The notes below the pieces were generated by a model. The model did not search any database. It saw nothing but the letters and a program-made list of their open reading frames with translations, and had not been told where the DNA came from. Source: a virus. Taken from it: DNA of 64,000 bases. A program made the position numbers and the translations under genes. Numbering within the stretch: position 1 is the stretch's first letter; every line of letters begins with the position of its first letter. Positions 47,594 to 58,050 of this stretch are shown in pieces. The stretch spans positions 1 through 64,000 of the IMG/VR virus record IMGVR_UViG_3300046318_000144. One strand, 5' to 3'.

Positions 47594-50500
47594 CTACAGT
47601 AAAACTACTCGTGTCAGCTGCGTGATAGTGGCTGATGCACTATTGTATCCAGATGGTTCTATGTCATATATGGCTACTTTATCGCCTACTGCAAAATCAT
47701 TGTATGCGTAATAGGTAACAGATGACCCGTCACCAACTGCGGAAGTTATTGTAGCACCCTTAGCTACAGCATATGTAATAGTGTCTTCAGTAGTTTTTAC
47801 TACTCTCCTAGGGCTATTATTGTGACCATAGAATATGCCACCGCGAGTGTATACCCAAACATTGATGTAGTCATTTGCCTCCACACCGTGCGCTGGGCTG
47901 GTGAGCTTGACTAGGTTTGGTCTATCATTGGCTCTATAAACGTTAGCAATATCCTTTACGGTCTGCGAGGAAGATAGATAGTCTAGGTATGCTGTTCCAG
48001 GAGCTTTTTGATACTTATATCCAGAAACTACTTCAGTAGATGTGATACTAGTTCTATCTGGATATACAGCACCAATATTATTCTTCACTACAAAGAACGT
48101 AGCCTGAGCTGATCCATAGGTTCCCGTAGATGAAGACACTACAGTCCATGTTTTGTTTAGCTTAGAGTAGTACTTTCTACTAATATTCTTAAAACCACTA
48201 ATATCTATCAGATCATTTTTAGATATAGAAGGTCTAGCAGTTGTAGTCTGTCGAGGGGTGATATCTACAGTAACAGTCTCTGCGGACACATCAATGCTAG
48301 AAAAATCATATGATATTAGATCATTCTTTATGTAGAACTTTGTAGAGGATTCTACATAAACTACGCTAGCTGTTCCGTTATACATTGATAGGTTTTGGCT
48401 TGTCTCAACTTGAGTTTTTGTTGGGAAGTACACTTCTGCAGCAGGAGTAGCTGGAGTCCAAGACCATGGCTTAGACCATAAATCAGTTTTTATCGAAAAA
48501 GAATAGGTACTAAGTGGCGCGGCATACGCATCATCAGCATCGTAGTAAATATTCCAGTTACCGTTTACAACTGATAAATCTATATTTTTAGGAGATCCGT
48601 TGTATGTACCAGAGACTGTTTCTAAGCCAGATAATTTAATTTTAGCAGCAGATGTCCCAATGTCAGAAGTATCTAATCTATGCCAATCTTCTACAGTCAC
48701 TACTAAGAATCCACTAGCGTAGGTCATATTGGTTATTTTTGAAGTTCTAGCAGGTAGTACGGTAGAGGTAGACGTAGCAGCTGGAAGACCATTTACACTT
48801 ACAACGCTTCCAACTGTTGCATTGTTGGTAGACGCTGTAGTAATTCCCAGAACTCTTTGGTACTTTTTACCGTCACCTAAAGTAGCTTCTAAAGTTCCAG
48901 TTATTGAATTAACATCGTAATTTACAGAACTGCCATATGTATAGTCTCCTACTGCTGTAAATTTTATAAACTTACCTTTAGTAGTCTTATAGAAATCAAC
49001 AGCCTTTATTCTCATCTGCGTACCAGCTGGTGATGCTCCTGCTTGAAGCGGATAGCTGAATGTGTTACTGGTAGCTTCTACAATTTTTACTGGTGCCTGT
49101 TCTGTAGCATAACTGTCAAAGTTAGTACCGTCAAAAGACAATGCCACATAGTCACCAATATTGAAGTCGTGGTCTATGGCAGAAACTTTAGTTAGAGACC
49201 CTACTGTCCTAATCCCACTGAATGGGACCTCTACGATATCCGTGTAACCAATCCTTGACTTGGTGCGGACTATAGTTCCAGTCTTAGCTTTAGCTTTAAA
49301 AGATTTACTAGGACCCTTACTACTGGAGATATTATATGAAATCTCGTCGTAATCAGAAATACTAGTTATGGTTTTACTTCCACCATAAGTTTTATTGTCT
49401 GATTTATCAGCTGCACCAACTGTAACCTTAACTATGTCACCAACCGACATATTGTGCCTAGCACCAGTCTCTAAAGTTATAGTTTTCTTTTTGTTCTTAA
49501 CTTTCATAGAGAGCTTAGAAATATTTGAAACAGCATCAGGCTCTACGGCTTTAGACGATAGCTGCATATTTTCTGGCAGGTAAGTAAACCACCCCATACC
49601 ATCACGAGATGCCGTTGACCCAGATGGGGCATTTTGAATGGCTACATCATCTAACTGTTTACTAAAGCTGACATACCAATACGACCCAGAGACTTCTGGC
49701 TCAGCAAGAATCGGGTACTCTCCATTTAAAAGGCTTATACCAGATATGGAGATGTAATCACCGTCATTGAACTTAGGATTATCATTAAAGTACAAGTAGC
49801 ATATCTCATCTAAAACTTTATACTTAACAATAGTTTTGGGCGATCCCATGGAGACCTGGTCAACCACATGGTATCCGTTATATAGTGGATATTGCCAGTT
49901 TACAGAGTCTACACCGCTAACTTTAATAGTCTCTCCAGCGTAAAAACCATGCCCGTCCGACTGGGGAGTTAGCATAAACTGGGTTATTGGGTATGAAAGT
50001 TTTACAGTATTTTTCTTAGAGTCTTTTACCTTTGACTCTTTAACATTGTACTTTTTCTGAGCATGGTCAGTAATTGGATCAACAAACGTAATAGTTTTAT
50101 TTTTTTGATCTACAGAAGTTAAAACTATGGCATCAATTCCAGATTTTGAGTAATCAAAAGTATTTTTACCACTCTTCCTAGCAGGAGGTTGGTTTTGGAT
50201 AGTTAACTTCACCTTATCGCCTACCTCAAAGGTGTGAGGGGTAGTTAGGGTTAGAGTTACTGTTCCTAGAGTTCTTTTAATTTTTTGTACATTTTTTACA
50301 ATGTACTGAACTATTTCTCTGTAATTTATTAAAGTATTTTTATTGTAAAGATATGTTAAAGGAATCTCTTCTACAACCAGTGCAGTTACTTTATCAGACT
50401 GATTTATTGGGTTTATTAGCTCAAATTTGATAGTTGTATCGTTAGGTACCTCGGACACAACATGAGAACCGTCGAGTAGTTCATCTACGTTAGCTATTGT

Positions 50501-51379
50501 AAATTTTTGACCCTGCACTAAATTATGAGGGGTGTCAGTAGTGATGGTAGCTAAGCCAGAACGAGCTCCAGTAACTTCAAGTTGCTTACTTTGGATATTA
50601 ATTCCAGTCTTAATTCCTGGAGCCAATACCTCATTAGCAAATGATATGCCAGAGAAGTCTTGAAAAGCCTCTTGAATAAGTTCTCTTATGTAGGAGTATG
50701 TATCAATCTGAGTAGTTACAGTTACATTACTGTAGTAGCTGCTAGTTTTTGGTACAGGCAGAGTTGGCATATTTACATATAAGAATGTCTTAGTTGGGTC
50801 ACTAAGCGCAGGTGGGGTGGATGCTTCATCCACAACTTCATAAAATCCACTGTACTTTTTAACTGATTCCTGGACAAATCCAACGTAAACTTTTACTGCT
50901 TTTCCATCTGAATCTCTAGAAGCAATAGGTTTTGGCAAAACTCTATTTTCTAAGGTAAGTAGTACATATCCGCTAGAGGTTTTCTTAGTTGCTGTAGCTT
51001 CGTAGTTGTACGAGTAAGTCTTCCAAATAATTCTACGGCTGAGGTAGCTAGTAAATTCTTGACCTGATACTTCAATACTTCTATCTACTAGAGCATAAGT
51101 TCTATTCCAAATTAAACCGCCCCAGACGCACTCATCTCCGCGCATAATGTAGAGGGCAGTTTTACCTGGAAGTGTTGCAGTGTATAGATCTAAGTTTTCA
51201 GTTTCTGGTGTTATGTATATGGTTCCAGAAAACTCTCCAGGCTCTTTTAGAGATTGACTATAAGAGACATCCTGAAATGGCAACTCATTAAGTACCTTGT
51301 TAGTAGAAATGTCTACTACAAAGTATCTATAAATTGGAGCAGTAATAGTACTCGTAGGTGCTAAATTACTGTCTGGCAT
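47594..51379 (-). CDS. Minor tail (hub/Tal-like) protein, N-terminal part with ~10 inserted beta-repeat domains
   Basis: YRYFVVD..ELPF.DVSYS..GEFSG..CVWGG..Y.SRR; repeated H.(F/L)..GD.V.I..G..NG units. Confidence 0.75.
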   Translation of the reverse strand: MPDSNLAPTSTITAPIYRYFVVDISTNKVLNELPFQDVSYSQSLKEPGEFSGTIYITPETENLDLYTATLPGKTALYIMRGDECVWGGLIWNRTYALVDRSIEVSGQEFTSYLSRRIIWKTYSYNYEATATKKTSSGYVLLTLENRVLPKPIASRDSDGKAVKVYVGFVQESVKKYSGFYEVVDEASTPPALSDPTKTFLYVNMPTLPVPKTSSYYSNVTVTTQIDTYSYIRELIQEAFQDFSGISFANEVLAPGIKTGINIQSKQLEVTGARSGLATITTDTPHNLVQGQKFTIANVDELLDGSHVVSEVPNDTTIKFELINPINQSDKVTALVVEEIPLTYLYNKNTLINYREIVQYIVKNVQKIKRTLGTVTLTLTTPHTFEVGDKVKLTIQNQPPARKSGKNTFDYSKSGIDAIVLTSVDQKNKTITFVDPITDHAQKKYNVKESKVKDSKKNTVKLSYPITQFMLTPQSDGHGFYAGETIKVSGVDSVNWQYPLYNGYHVVDQVSMGSPKTIVKYKVLDEICYLYFNDNPKFNDGDYISISGISLLNGEYPILAEPEVSGSYWYVSFSKQLDDVAIQNAPSGSTASRDGMGWFTYLPENMQLSSKAVEPDAVSNISKLSMKVKNKKKTITLETGARHNMSVGDIVKVTVGAADKSDNKTYGGSKTITSISDYDEISYNISSSKGPSKSFKAKAKTGTIVRTKSRIGYTDIVEVPFSGIRTVGSLTKVSAIDHDFNIGDYVALSFDGTNFDSYATEQAPVKIVEATSNTFSYPLQAGASPAGTQMRIKAVDFYKTTKGKFIKFTAVGDYTYGSSVNYDVNSITGTLEATLGDGKKYQRVLGITTASTNNATVGSVVSVNGLPAATSTSTVLPARTSKITNMTYASGFLVVTVEDWHRLDTSDIGTSAAKIKLSGLETVSGTYNGSPKNIDLSVVNGNWNIYYDADDAYAAPLSTYSFSIKTDLWSKPWSWTPATPAAEVYFPTKTQVETSQNLSMYNGTASVVYVESSTKFYIKNDLISYDFSSIDVSAETVTVDITPRQTTTARPSISKNDLIDISGFKNISRKYYSKLNKTWTVVSSSTGTYGSAQATFFVVKNNIGAVYPDRTSITSTEVVSGYKYQKAPGTAYLDYLSSSQTVKDIANVYRANDRPNLVKLTSPAHGVEANDYINVWVYTRGGIFYGHNNSPRRVVKTTEDTITYAVAKGATITSAVGDGSSVTYYAYNDFAVGDKVAIYDIEPSGYNSASATITQLTRVVLL

Positions 51380-51417
51380 AGGTCAAATCCCTTACGTACA
51401 AGCGTCTTTATACTACT

Positions 51418-51425
51418 AGTTTACC
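51418..51425 (-). promoter_or_regulatory. GG-extended -10 element (GGTAAACT)
   Basis: Overlaps the Dit stop codon, ahead of the gap before the hub gene. Confidence 0.4.
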
Positions 51426-52758
51426 CTAACCAGCCAGGTCGGTATTTTACAGTAACAGTCGGTGTTCCACCAGTTTTTGATACAGTAAAGTTATTCGCAC
51501 CAGAGGTTAGTTTAATCCAGTCAGAGGTAGGGTCTAGTACAGCTCTAGCACCAGTAGAGATTCCTCTATACAGGGTTACATTGTTGTAGGTATCTAGCTC
51601 TAGAGTGTCAGTGTCTTGAAGTTCCACGGTTCCTGCAGTAACAGTCTGACTATTAATCTGAAGATGTAGCTGTCCTCCATAAGAAGTTGTATCTGCATAG
51701 TACATAGAAACTTCAAATGTGGTTGTATCTACAACAGAGGTTACAGTGTGGATACCGTTAAATACTGGGATACTAGAGTTTGATATAGAGCACATATCAT
51801 CTAGCGTCAACCCATGAGGATCCGCAGTAGTTACAGTAGCAACTCCCCCAGATAGAACAATATCTACAATGTCTGAAGTTGGGTTTGTATAGCTAAAGGT
51901 ATTCAACGTTGTACTAGTTATTAGTATGTCAGTCCCATCAAATGGAGCACCGATATCTGAAATTGTTACTAGATCATTCTCCAAGAAACTGTGATTATTT
52001 AAAGTTACAGTGGCTACACCAGAACGGTATACAACATTAGAGACACCTGTCTCAGTAAACCCAGCTGCTCTCAAATCTTTTACAATTTTTATTGACTTAC
52101 CAGTGGTTACATTATTGATATATGCTGGCTGAGTTAGCGGTCCAGTTATACTGAATGTAGCACTAACATCAGCAGTACCAACATTTGAGGCATTAACTTG
52201 AGTAGTACCGTTAGTATTTAACGATACTGATGTGTAACCATTCGAGTCTCCAGTATTCCAACCATATTTAATTGGATCAGCTGCCCTAAGTTGGATAGAA
52301 AAATCAATTCTTCCCCTTGGAAGATCATTCGTCACGGACGGAATATCTACCATTCGCACATAACATGATTTAGTTGGAGACTCGTCAACATACATCCAAC
52401 CACCAGTGTGAACTAAAGTTATAGCATTTAATAGTGTATTTCTAGCGGCAGCTGCTAAATCTGGACTTGGGGGCAGTATTGACCCAGTGAGGACTATATC
52501 TCTAGGAAGCCATCTACCTCTAGTGTCGTAGTTTCCATCACCAAGACCTCTTGACAACTCTGGGAACTCTGAAGCTGGAAGGTTCCACCAACCCTCTATA
52601 TCGCTAACTACCCATATGACGCCATTAGCATCTATGGTATTTAGAGTTAACCCATTTATACGTATATCACCAGCAAGTTTTAGTCCAGTTATTTCTGGAT
52701 ATGGTAGCGGAGTTAACGCTCTACGTACATACGTTGTTTCATAGGACTGATCTACCAT
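51421..52758 (-). CDS. Distal tail protein (Dit) with inserted domains
   Basis: Directly after tape measure; IEGWW..P, R.I.L.G, F.IQL.AADP.KY, W..L..G.N. Confidence 0.75.
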   Translation of the reverse strand: MVDQSYETTYVRRALTPLPYPEITGLKLAGDIRINGLTLNTIDANGVIWVVSDIEGWWNLPASEFPELSRGLGDGNYDTRGRWLPRDIVLTGSILPPSPDLAAAARNTLLNAITLVHTGGWMYVDESPTKSCYVRMVDIPSVTNDLPRGRIDFSIQLRAADPIKYGWNTGDSNGYTSVSLNTNGTTQVNASNVGTADVSATFSITGPLTQPAYINNVTTGKSIKIVKDLRAAGFTETGVSNVVYRSGVATVTLNNHSFLENDLVTISDIGAPFDGTDILITSTTLNTFSYTNPTSDIVDIVLSGGVATVTTADPHGLTLDDMCSISNSSIPVFNGIHTVTSVVDTTTFEVSMYYADTTSYGGQLHLQINSQTVTAGTVELQDTDTLELDTYNNVTLYRGISTGARAVLDPTSDWIKLTSGANNFTVSKTGGTPTVTVKYRPGWLG

Positions 52759-55700
52759 TATGCTGTTATACCTTTACGTAGTTCGAAATTAAGTCGAGAA
52801 GTAATAAGCTTAGTTAAAGCTTGGTGGTCCATACCCTGAGGAGCATTAACGGTTAGATTTACGGTTACCCCACTACCGCCACCGCCAGAAAGCTCTCTAA
52901 CAATAGCTTTATCTCTATCAGATAATCCATTCTTATCCAAAGGCTCTACTCGCTCTGGCTTTCCAGCCTCTGCAACTCTAATGACATGACCGCCAGCTCT
53001 AGGGTAGATAGTCCCACCATCAGCGTACCCATTTACAGGACTATACCCTATAGATGTATTACTAGGGCTATTAAGTTGTTTAGCAACGCCGCTCCAGTAC
53101 TTATCTATATCCTTAGATGTGGAAGATTTTTCTCCACCAAAAATACTCTCTACTAGCCACAAGAGGCCCTTAGATATCCAGTCATTAAATGGTTGGAATA
53201 CTTCACTTATCTTTCTACCAATAGTGTCAAAACGAGCAGTTATCTTATCGTTAGCATCAGCATTCTTCTCTGCATAGCCACCATATTTATCAGTTAGGGT
53301 CTGTAGTAGGTAGTCCTGAGCCTCGGCTGCACCATTAGAAGCAAGTATTTGATCATACTTTTTCTTTTCCTGGTCAGTAAAGTTAATACCAGCACCAGTT
53401 AATGTATCTAAGGCGGTAGCTGGGTCAGCCATAGCATCAGCCATAACCTGTGCTGCTGATGGTGCATCAGTATTAAATACACTAGCTAGATCTAGAGCTA
53501 GTCCAGTCATCTTGTCAAATTTACCGTTAACCTTGCCAGCTTCCGTAGCTAACGACGGGTACTTGAGCAGAAGTTCTTGGACGCTCTTCACATTGTCATA
53601 GTTTTGACCAGTAAGTCCACCCATGTTATCGGCAACTTCAGTCAATCTATCTGCTACCTTTTTAGCTGACTTACCAAAGCCACCATTGGCTCTAGCTAAT
53701 CCTTCTAATCTCTTTGTAGATACCCTAGCCTTATCAGCTGCTTCTGACGCAGCATCGACAATAACTGGTACAGCAGCAACTACGGCTCCAACTATTCCAA
53801 GTTTTCCAACAGGACTCTTAAGTAATTTACTGCCCATTTCGGCAATCTTCCCGCCACCACCAGGTAGAATAGTTAACCCACCACCTGGCATCTCCCCGCC
53901 TCCGCCAGCTCCAGGCATACCGCTACCAGACATACCAACTTTAGGTACACCCTTAGCTCTACCTAGTTTATTGATTTCATCTTTAGCTTCTTTAGCCTTT
54001 TTTCTAACATGCTCTAGGGAGGTCTTAGTCTTATCTAACTTACCCTTGAGAGTTCCCATCTTGGTGCTAGTGGTTTTAGCATTATTGGCAAGATTTCTCA
54101 TCTGGGTATTTGCATTTTGAGAAGATGTTTTGATAGCATTTAGCTTTGTAACAACAGTACCAAGCTTATCTCTCATAATAATGAGAGCTTTATTTACCTT
54201 TAAAATAATAGCGTGTAATTTTTTAAAGTTTTTCTCTGACTCTAAAATACGCTTATTCATAAGCTTGAGTTGTTTTTCAACTTTTTCTAAGCCATCATCA
54301 AGTTTATCTGCATCTTTTTTGGCATTCTTTGAATCTTTTTTCATGATTCCAAAGAACTTAAGAGTCATGACAACAGCCTTTTTTAGAATATTAAATACAC
54401 CAACTAATACTCTAAATAAGAACTTAAATCCTTTAAATAATAGACCAACTGCAGATGCTACTGCTAATATTGGAGCAACAAATTTAAATATACCACTCAT
54501 CGCCTGGATTATCGGGGCTAAGATTTTGAAAGCTCCTGCAAGAATTTTGAAGAACATTTGGACACCATCAGTCTCGCTCAGGGTCTTTATTATCTTCATA
54601 ATTGCAATAACCGCATCAGCTACATCTGGCAGTGCATCAGCAGCTCCTTGAAAAGCTTTCTGCATATCTGGAGCATTTTTATGTAATGTCTCCCAAAATT
54701 TTGTAGTATTTGGATCAGAAGCAAATCCTAAAAATAAACCTAAAACATCTCCAAAAGTTTGGAGCATAGCTTTGGTTCCCTTAGCAGATTCTCTAAACAT
54801 ATCGCCAAAGCCTTCTTGTTTACCAATATCGGCAAATCCAGCAGTAGCGTCTTTTAGCCAAACTAATAGGTTATTTCCACCACTACCTGGTTTGACATTT
54901 TCATCAATTATTGCTCCAAATCCTGTAAGAACATTCCATATAATATCACCTAGTAATTTTGCACTATCTGCGGCATTTTTAAAGAATTCCTGAGTTTTTT
55001 TATCATTACCTAAATCTTTAAATTTTTCACTAATACCTACTAGCCAAGGTAAAAGACCTGATTTTCCATCCTCCCCCTGAGTAATCCCAGCGGCTGCATT
55101 AGATAGGTTTACAAAACCAGTAACTACGTTACCTAAAATAGTCCCGATGCTTGGGAGCCATTTACCAATATTAGATAAAAACTTATCAATAGCCTTTAAA
55201 TTATTCTCCTTGAGAATTACATCAGTAAAATTTTCTACAGCCTTGCCAAGACCAGAACTTATTTTCTTAAATCCACCAACTAGGGAATCGAATAACCCTC
55301 CTTTGAGCATCCTACCCATCTGAGTCTGGAGTGCTGGTAGAAATCCAGATGCAGCAGCTTCTTTAAGCTCTGACATCCTACCCTTGATACTTACAAGATA
55401 TTGAGCAAACTTCTTTTGGCTCTTTGTTAGACCAGCATACGGGTCAGTTCCAGTTTTGTTTTTCTTTTTTGGATTATTAATCTCTTCATTGAGATCTTTA
55501 GCTCTATCCTTAGCTTTTCTATAGTTAAGCTCAGCGTGCTGAAATGCTAACTCTGCTTCTCTACGAGTTCTATTATCTGGTGGAAGATCTTGAACGCGAG
55601 CTAAAGCTTCTCTAGCTTTCTCTAACCCTAGAGCAGCATCTTGCTCATTGAGAGCAGCTTCCTCAGCATCAAATGCAAGTTGCTGCATCTCTTCTCTTAG

Positions 55701-56204
55701 TTGTTTTACAGTTTTAGCTGCTGCTCCACTAGCTTTACCTGCTGCGGATACCGCTTGGCCTATACCACCCATGGCCATTTTTCCAACGGCAGAGCCTATT
55801 TTTATGGCTGCAAATACGTTAACAAGAGCCATACCAGATGCTATAGCACCAACTACTGCACCACCAAGAGCTCCAATGGAAGTGACTAGCTGAGCTATAG
55901 TTCCAATGAGGACTTGAAAACCTACAGACATGAAGTGGCTAGTCCTAATTATCTTAACCATAGCCGCTCTAGAGGCTTCCGCTTGCTGTTCTATGCTTTT
56001 AAAAGCATCACCGAGCTTACCCATGAAGTTATCTTTGGTACTATTTAAAAATCCTTCTCGAAAACCACTACCAGTAGCTTTTCCTAGATTTTTTCCAGCT
56101 GCACCACCAATACCTTCAGCCTTTTGAAAGCCATTACGGATGTCACGTTCGACACCGCTAGTAATCGCCTTAACAATAATCTGGGCTTCACCTATGATAG
56201 GCAT
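52758..56204 (-). CDS. Tape measure protein
   Basis: 1148 aa, helical Ala/Gly/Lys-rich with TM-like segments; C-terminal ADGG..AEAGKPE.V.PL; follows chaperone genes. Confidence 0.88.
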   Translation of the reverse strand: MPIIGEAQIIVKAITSGVERDIRNGFQKAEGIGGAAGKNLGKATGSGFREGFLNSTKDNFMGKLGDAFKSIEQQAEASRAAMVKIIRTSHFMSVGFQVLIGTIAQLVTSIGALGGAVVGAIASGMALVNVFAAIKIGSAVGKMAMGGIGQAVSAAGKASGAAAKTVKQLREEMQQLAFDAEEAALNEQDAALGLEKAREALARVQDLPPDNRTRREAELAFQHAELNYRKAKDRAKDLNEEINNPKKKNKTGTDPYAGLTKSQKKFAQYLVSIKGRMSELKEAAASGFLPALQTQMGRMLKGGLFDSLVGGFKKISSGLGKAVENFTDVILKENNLKAIDKFLSNIGKWLPSIGTILGNVVTGFVNLSNAAAGITQGEDGKSGLLPWLVGISEKFKDLGNDKKTQEFFKNAADSAKLLGDIIWNVLTGFGAIIDENVKPGSGGNNLLVWLKDATAGFADIGKQEGFGDMFRESAKGTKAMLQTFGDVLGLFLGFASDPNTTKFWETLHKNAPDMQKAFQGAADALPDVADAVIAIMKIIKTLSETDGVQMFFKILAGAFKILAPIIQAMSGIFKFVAPILAVASAVGLLFKGFKFLFRVLVGVFNILKKAVVMTLKFFGIMKKDSKNAKKDADKLDDGLEKVEKQLKLMNKRILESEKNFKKLHAIILKVNKALIIMRDKLGTVVTKLNAIKTSSQNANTQMRNLANNAKTTSTKMGTLKGKLDKTKTSLEHVRKKAKEAKDEINKLGRAKGVPKVGMSGSGMPGAGGGGEMPGGGLTILPGGGGKIAEMGSKLLKSPVGKLGIVGAVVAAVPVIVDAASEAADKARVSTKRLEGLARANGGFGKSAKKVADRLTEVADNMGGLTGQNYDNVKSVQELLLKYPSLATEAGKVNGKFDKMTGLALDLASVFNTDAPSAAQVMADAMADPATALDTLTGAGINFTDQEKKKYDQILASNGAAEAQDYLLQTLTDKYGGYAEKNADANDKITARFDTIGRKISEVFQPFNDWISKGLLWLVESIFGGEKSSTSKDIDKYWSGVAKQLNSPSNTSIGYSPVNGYADGGTIYPRAGGHVIRVAEAGKPERVEPLDKNGLSDRDKAIVRELSGGGGSGVTVNLTVNAPQGMDHQALTKLITSRLNFELRKGITA

Positions 56205-56223
56205 ACTCTATGCTTCCTTAAAT

Positions 56224-56577
56224 CTATAGTGGCGCGTCTAATAATCCGTTAAAAGGATTAGTAGAGTCTGGGTTAAAATTCGTAGGTGGGACATAAGGTT
56301 TAGTTTCCTTAATATCATCACCAAACGGATCTAAATCAGTATCAAAGTCGTCACTATCGAAATTTCTTGACCTATCAGGTTGTCTAGAAACAGCATATTT
56401 ATATGTAGTGTTGTACATAGTCTTATAGAGACTAGTCCTGAGGTTACTTCTGGTATCAGATTGGATTTCACTTAGGTAGTGAGAATCTTCCTCAAAAAAG
56501 TAGTGTAGAACATCCACCATATCTGCAGCATTCATGGTTTTCAGGTCTAATCCACTCACTAGAGCTTTTCCGTTCAC
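56224..56577 (-). CDS. Tail assembly chaperone, frameshift (T) part of the GT fusion
   Basis: In the -1 frame relative to 56592-56945 and open back to the slippery site. Confidence 0.75.
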   Translation of the reverse strand: MNGKALVSGLDLKTMNAADMVDVLHYFFEEDSHYLSEIQSDTRSNLRTSLYKTMYNTTYKYAVSRQPDRSRNFDSDDFDTDLDPFGDDIKETKPYVPPTNFNPDSTNPFNGLLDAPL

Positions 56578-56582
56578 ATAGG

Positions 56583-56631
56583 GCCAGAGGTCTATTGCCC
56601 AGGAGATGAGACCTCTGGCTGCTGATTTGGG
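56583..56631 (-). promoter_or_regulatory. Programmed -1 frameshift signal: C CCA AAT, 5-nt spacer, 11-bp hairpin
   Basis: Heptamer 56625-56631 in phase; GCCAGAGGTCT/AGACCTCTGGC stem 56583-56619. Confidence 0.8.
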
Positions 56632-56945
56632 CGTTCAGTATATTCTTCCATTAGCCATGCAGTGATCTCAGCTAAAGTGTCTACTGACACGATCTTCTCT
56701 GGATCCTTAAGAAGATTTTCAAATCTAACTTGGCTCTCGGGAAGTAAGACTCGATCAAAAAACTTTACAACTACTTCAGTAGCCTTAACTGGGTCATCGC
56801 TAGATGAATCAGCAATCAGAGAAAGCATAAAACTTCCCTGTACCGCTGGGTAGCAGTGAAAATCTTCACCGTAAAGCTTAAAAGATAGCGGAGTCTTCTC
56901 TACAGGTCCGCTTCCTTCTCCAAAATCTTTAAATCTCGAAGTCAT
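56592..56945 (-). CDS. Tail assembly chaperone (G)
   Basis: Position upstream of tape measure; F.L.GE.F...L.EI..WL.E.Y..RP. Confidence 0.8.
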   Translation of the reverse strand: MTSRFKDFGEGSGPVEKTPLSFKLYGEDFHCYPAVQGSFMLSLIADSSSDDPVKATEVVVKFFDRVLLPESQVRFENLLKDPEKIVSVDTLAEITAWLMEEYTERPNQQPEVSSPGQ

Positions 56946-56994
56946 GTTGTACTCTTTCTATAAATGTCATTGAAATACTTTGATTTCAATAGCT

Positions 56995-57002
56995 ATTTTA
57001 CC
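56995..57002 (-). promoter_or_regulatory. GG-extended -10 promoter (GGTAAAAT)
   Basis: Intergenic, upstream of tail chaperone; followed by an 8-bp hairpin 56969-56990. Confidence 0.55.
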
Positions 57003-57006
57003 CTAT

Positions 57007-57531
57007 CTATAGACGAACGTGTTTTTCCATAGGCTCTGTTAGGTATCTATTTGGCTTAGTTCCAGGGTGGTGGACTAGTTTAGTAACAATAACTCTAGGA
57101 CCTTTTCTAAAAACTAGATTAGGTGCTTTGTTCGGAGTTATTATATGAGCCCTAGAACCTTCGTGGTGTAGGTAAGCATATGAAAGCTTAGAGCCTATCC
57201 GTAATTTATGACCATACTTATGAGTGCTATGTTGCATAGTGATAGAGTCTCTAAGTTTTCCAGTTTTAACACCCACTTGTAGTTTGGCATCAAAAACAAT
57301 AGCCCTTCCGACTCTTTTAACATAGCGACCAACCATACCATTCTCACCGATTGTCATGGTTTCAAATTGTGGGTGGTATAGCTTTAAACCACCAAACTTG
57401 TACGTGAGAGTCATTGTACGGAGTCCACCAACGGCAGACCCCATGCTATTTACGTTTCCTCTACGACCTACGTATCTAAATGTTCTTCTAGCTGCCCATA
57501 CACCCCAGCTATCGGGTAAACCATATGGCAT
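57007..57531 (-). CDS. HK97 gp10-like neck/tail completion protein
   Basis: VKTGKLRDSI, YA..HHEG, VHHPGTKPNRYL. Confidence 0.7.
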   Translation of the reverse strand: MPYGLPDSWGVWAARRTFRYVGRRGNVNSMGSAVGGLRTMTLTYKFGGLKLYHPQFETMTIGENGMVGRYVKRVGRAIVFDAKLQVGVKTGKLRDSITMQHSTHKYGHKLRIGSKLSYAYLHHEGSRAHIITPNKAPNLVFRKGPRVIVTKLVHHPGTKPNRYLTEPMEKHVRL

Positions 57532-58037
57532 TATGGAACCGCCATGGTGATAGTCATAGTTGTAGTCTGAAAACCACCCTCTGGTGGTGCAGAGTCTAGA
57601 GTTGCAACTACACCTATACCGTAGCCAGTCTCATCCCACTGGTCAAGCAAGTTTATAGATTCCATAAGGACCCATGCGTCAACAGCACAGATAGCAGATG
57701 CTTGCTCTATTTTGTCTGCTGATGGTGGTCTACCATTTTGACCAACCGTAGGTACTACTCTAGATATTTGAATATTTAAAGTTGCACTTCTCGGTACATG
57801 GCAACGCTGTGGCTCTCCAACTTGAGCACCAGGAGATCCTAAGAACATCTGCATAAAAGAAACGACCAGCTGTTCGCAGTCAGTTGCAGGTGTTCCCATA
57901 GTCCAGTACTGTCTAGCTGGTAGCGGAACGTTATATGACTGAAAGACAGTAGCTACTCTTGCGAGTACACCATCCATCATGTCTTTTAGATGCAGAGCAT
58001 CTTCTGTCATTCCTGTAGCGTCAATTTGATATGTCAT
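57531..58037 (-). CDS. Probable tail terminator protein
   Basis: Position after adaptor; DCEQLVV..R..P...PEGG pattern. Confidence 0.55.
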   Translation of the reverse strand: MTYQIDATGMTEDALHLKDMMDGVLARVATVFQSYNVPLPARQYWTMGTPATDCEQLVVSFMQMFLGSPGAQVGEPQRCHVPRSATLNIQISRVVPTVGQNGRPPSADKIEQASAICAVDAWVLMESINLLDQWDETGYGIGVVATLDSAPPEGGFQTTTMTITMAVP

Positions 58038-58050
58038 TTAATACTCCCTA

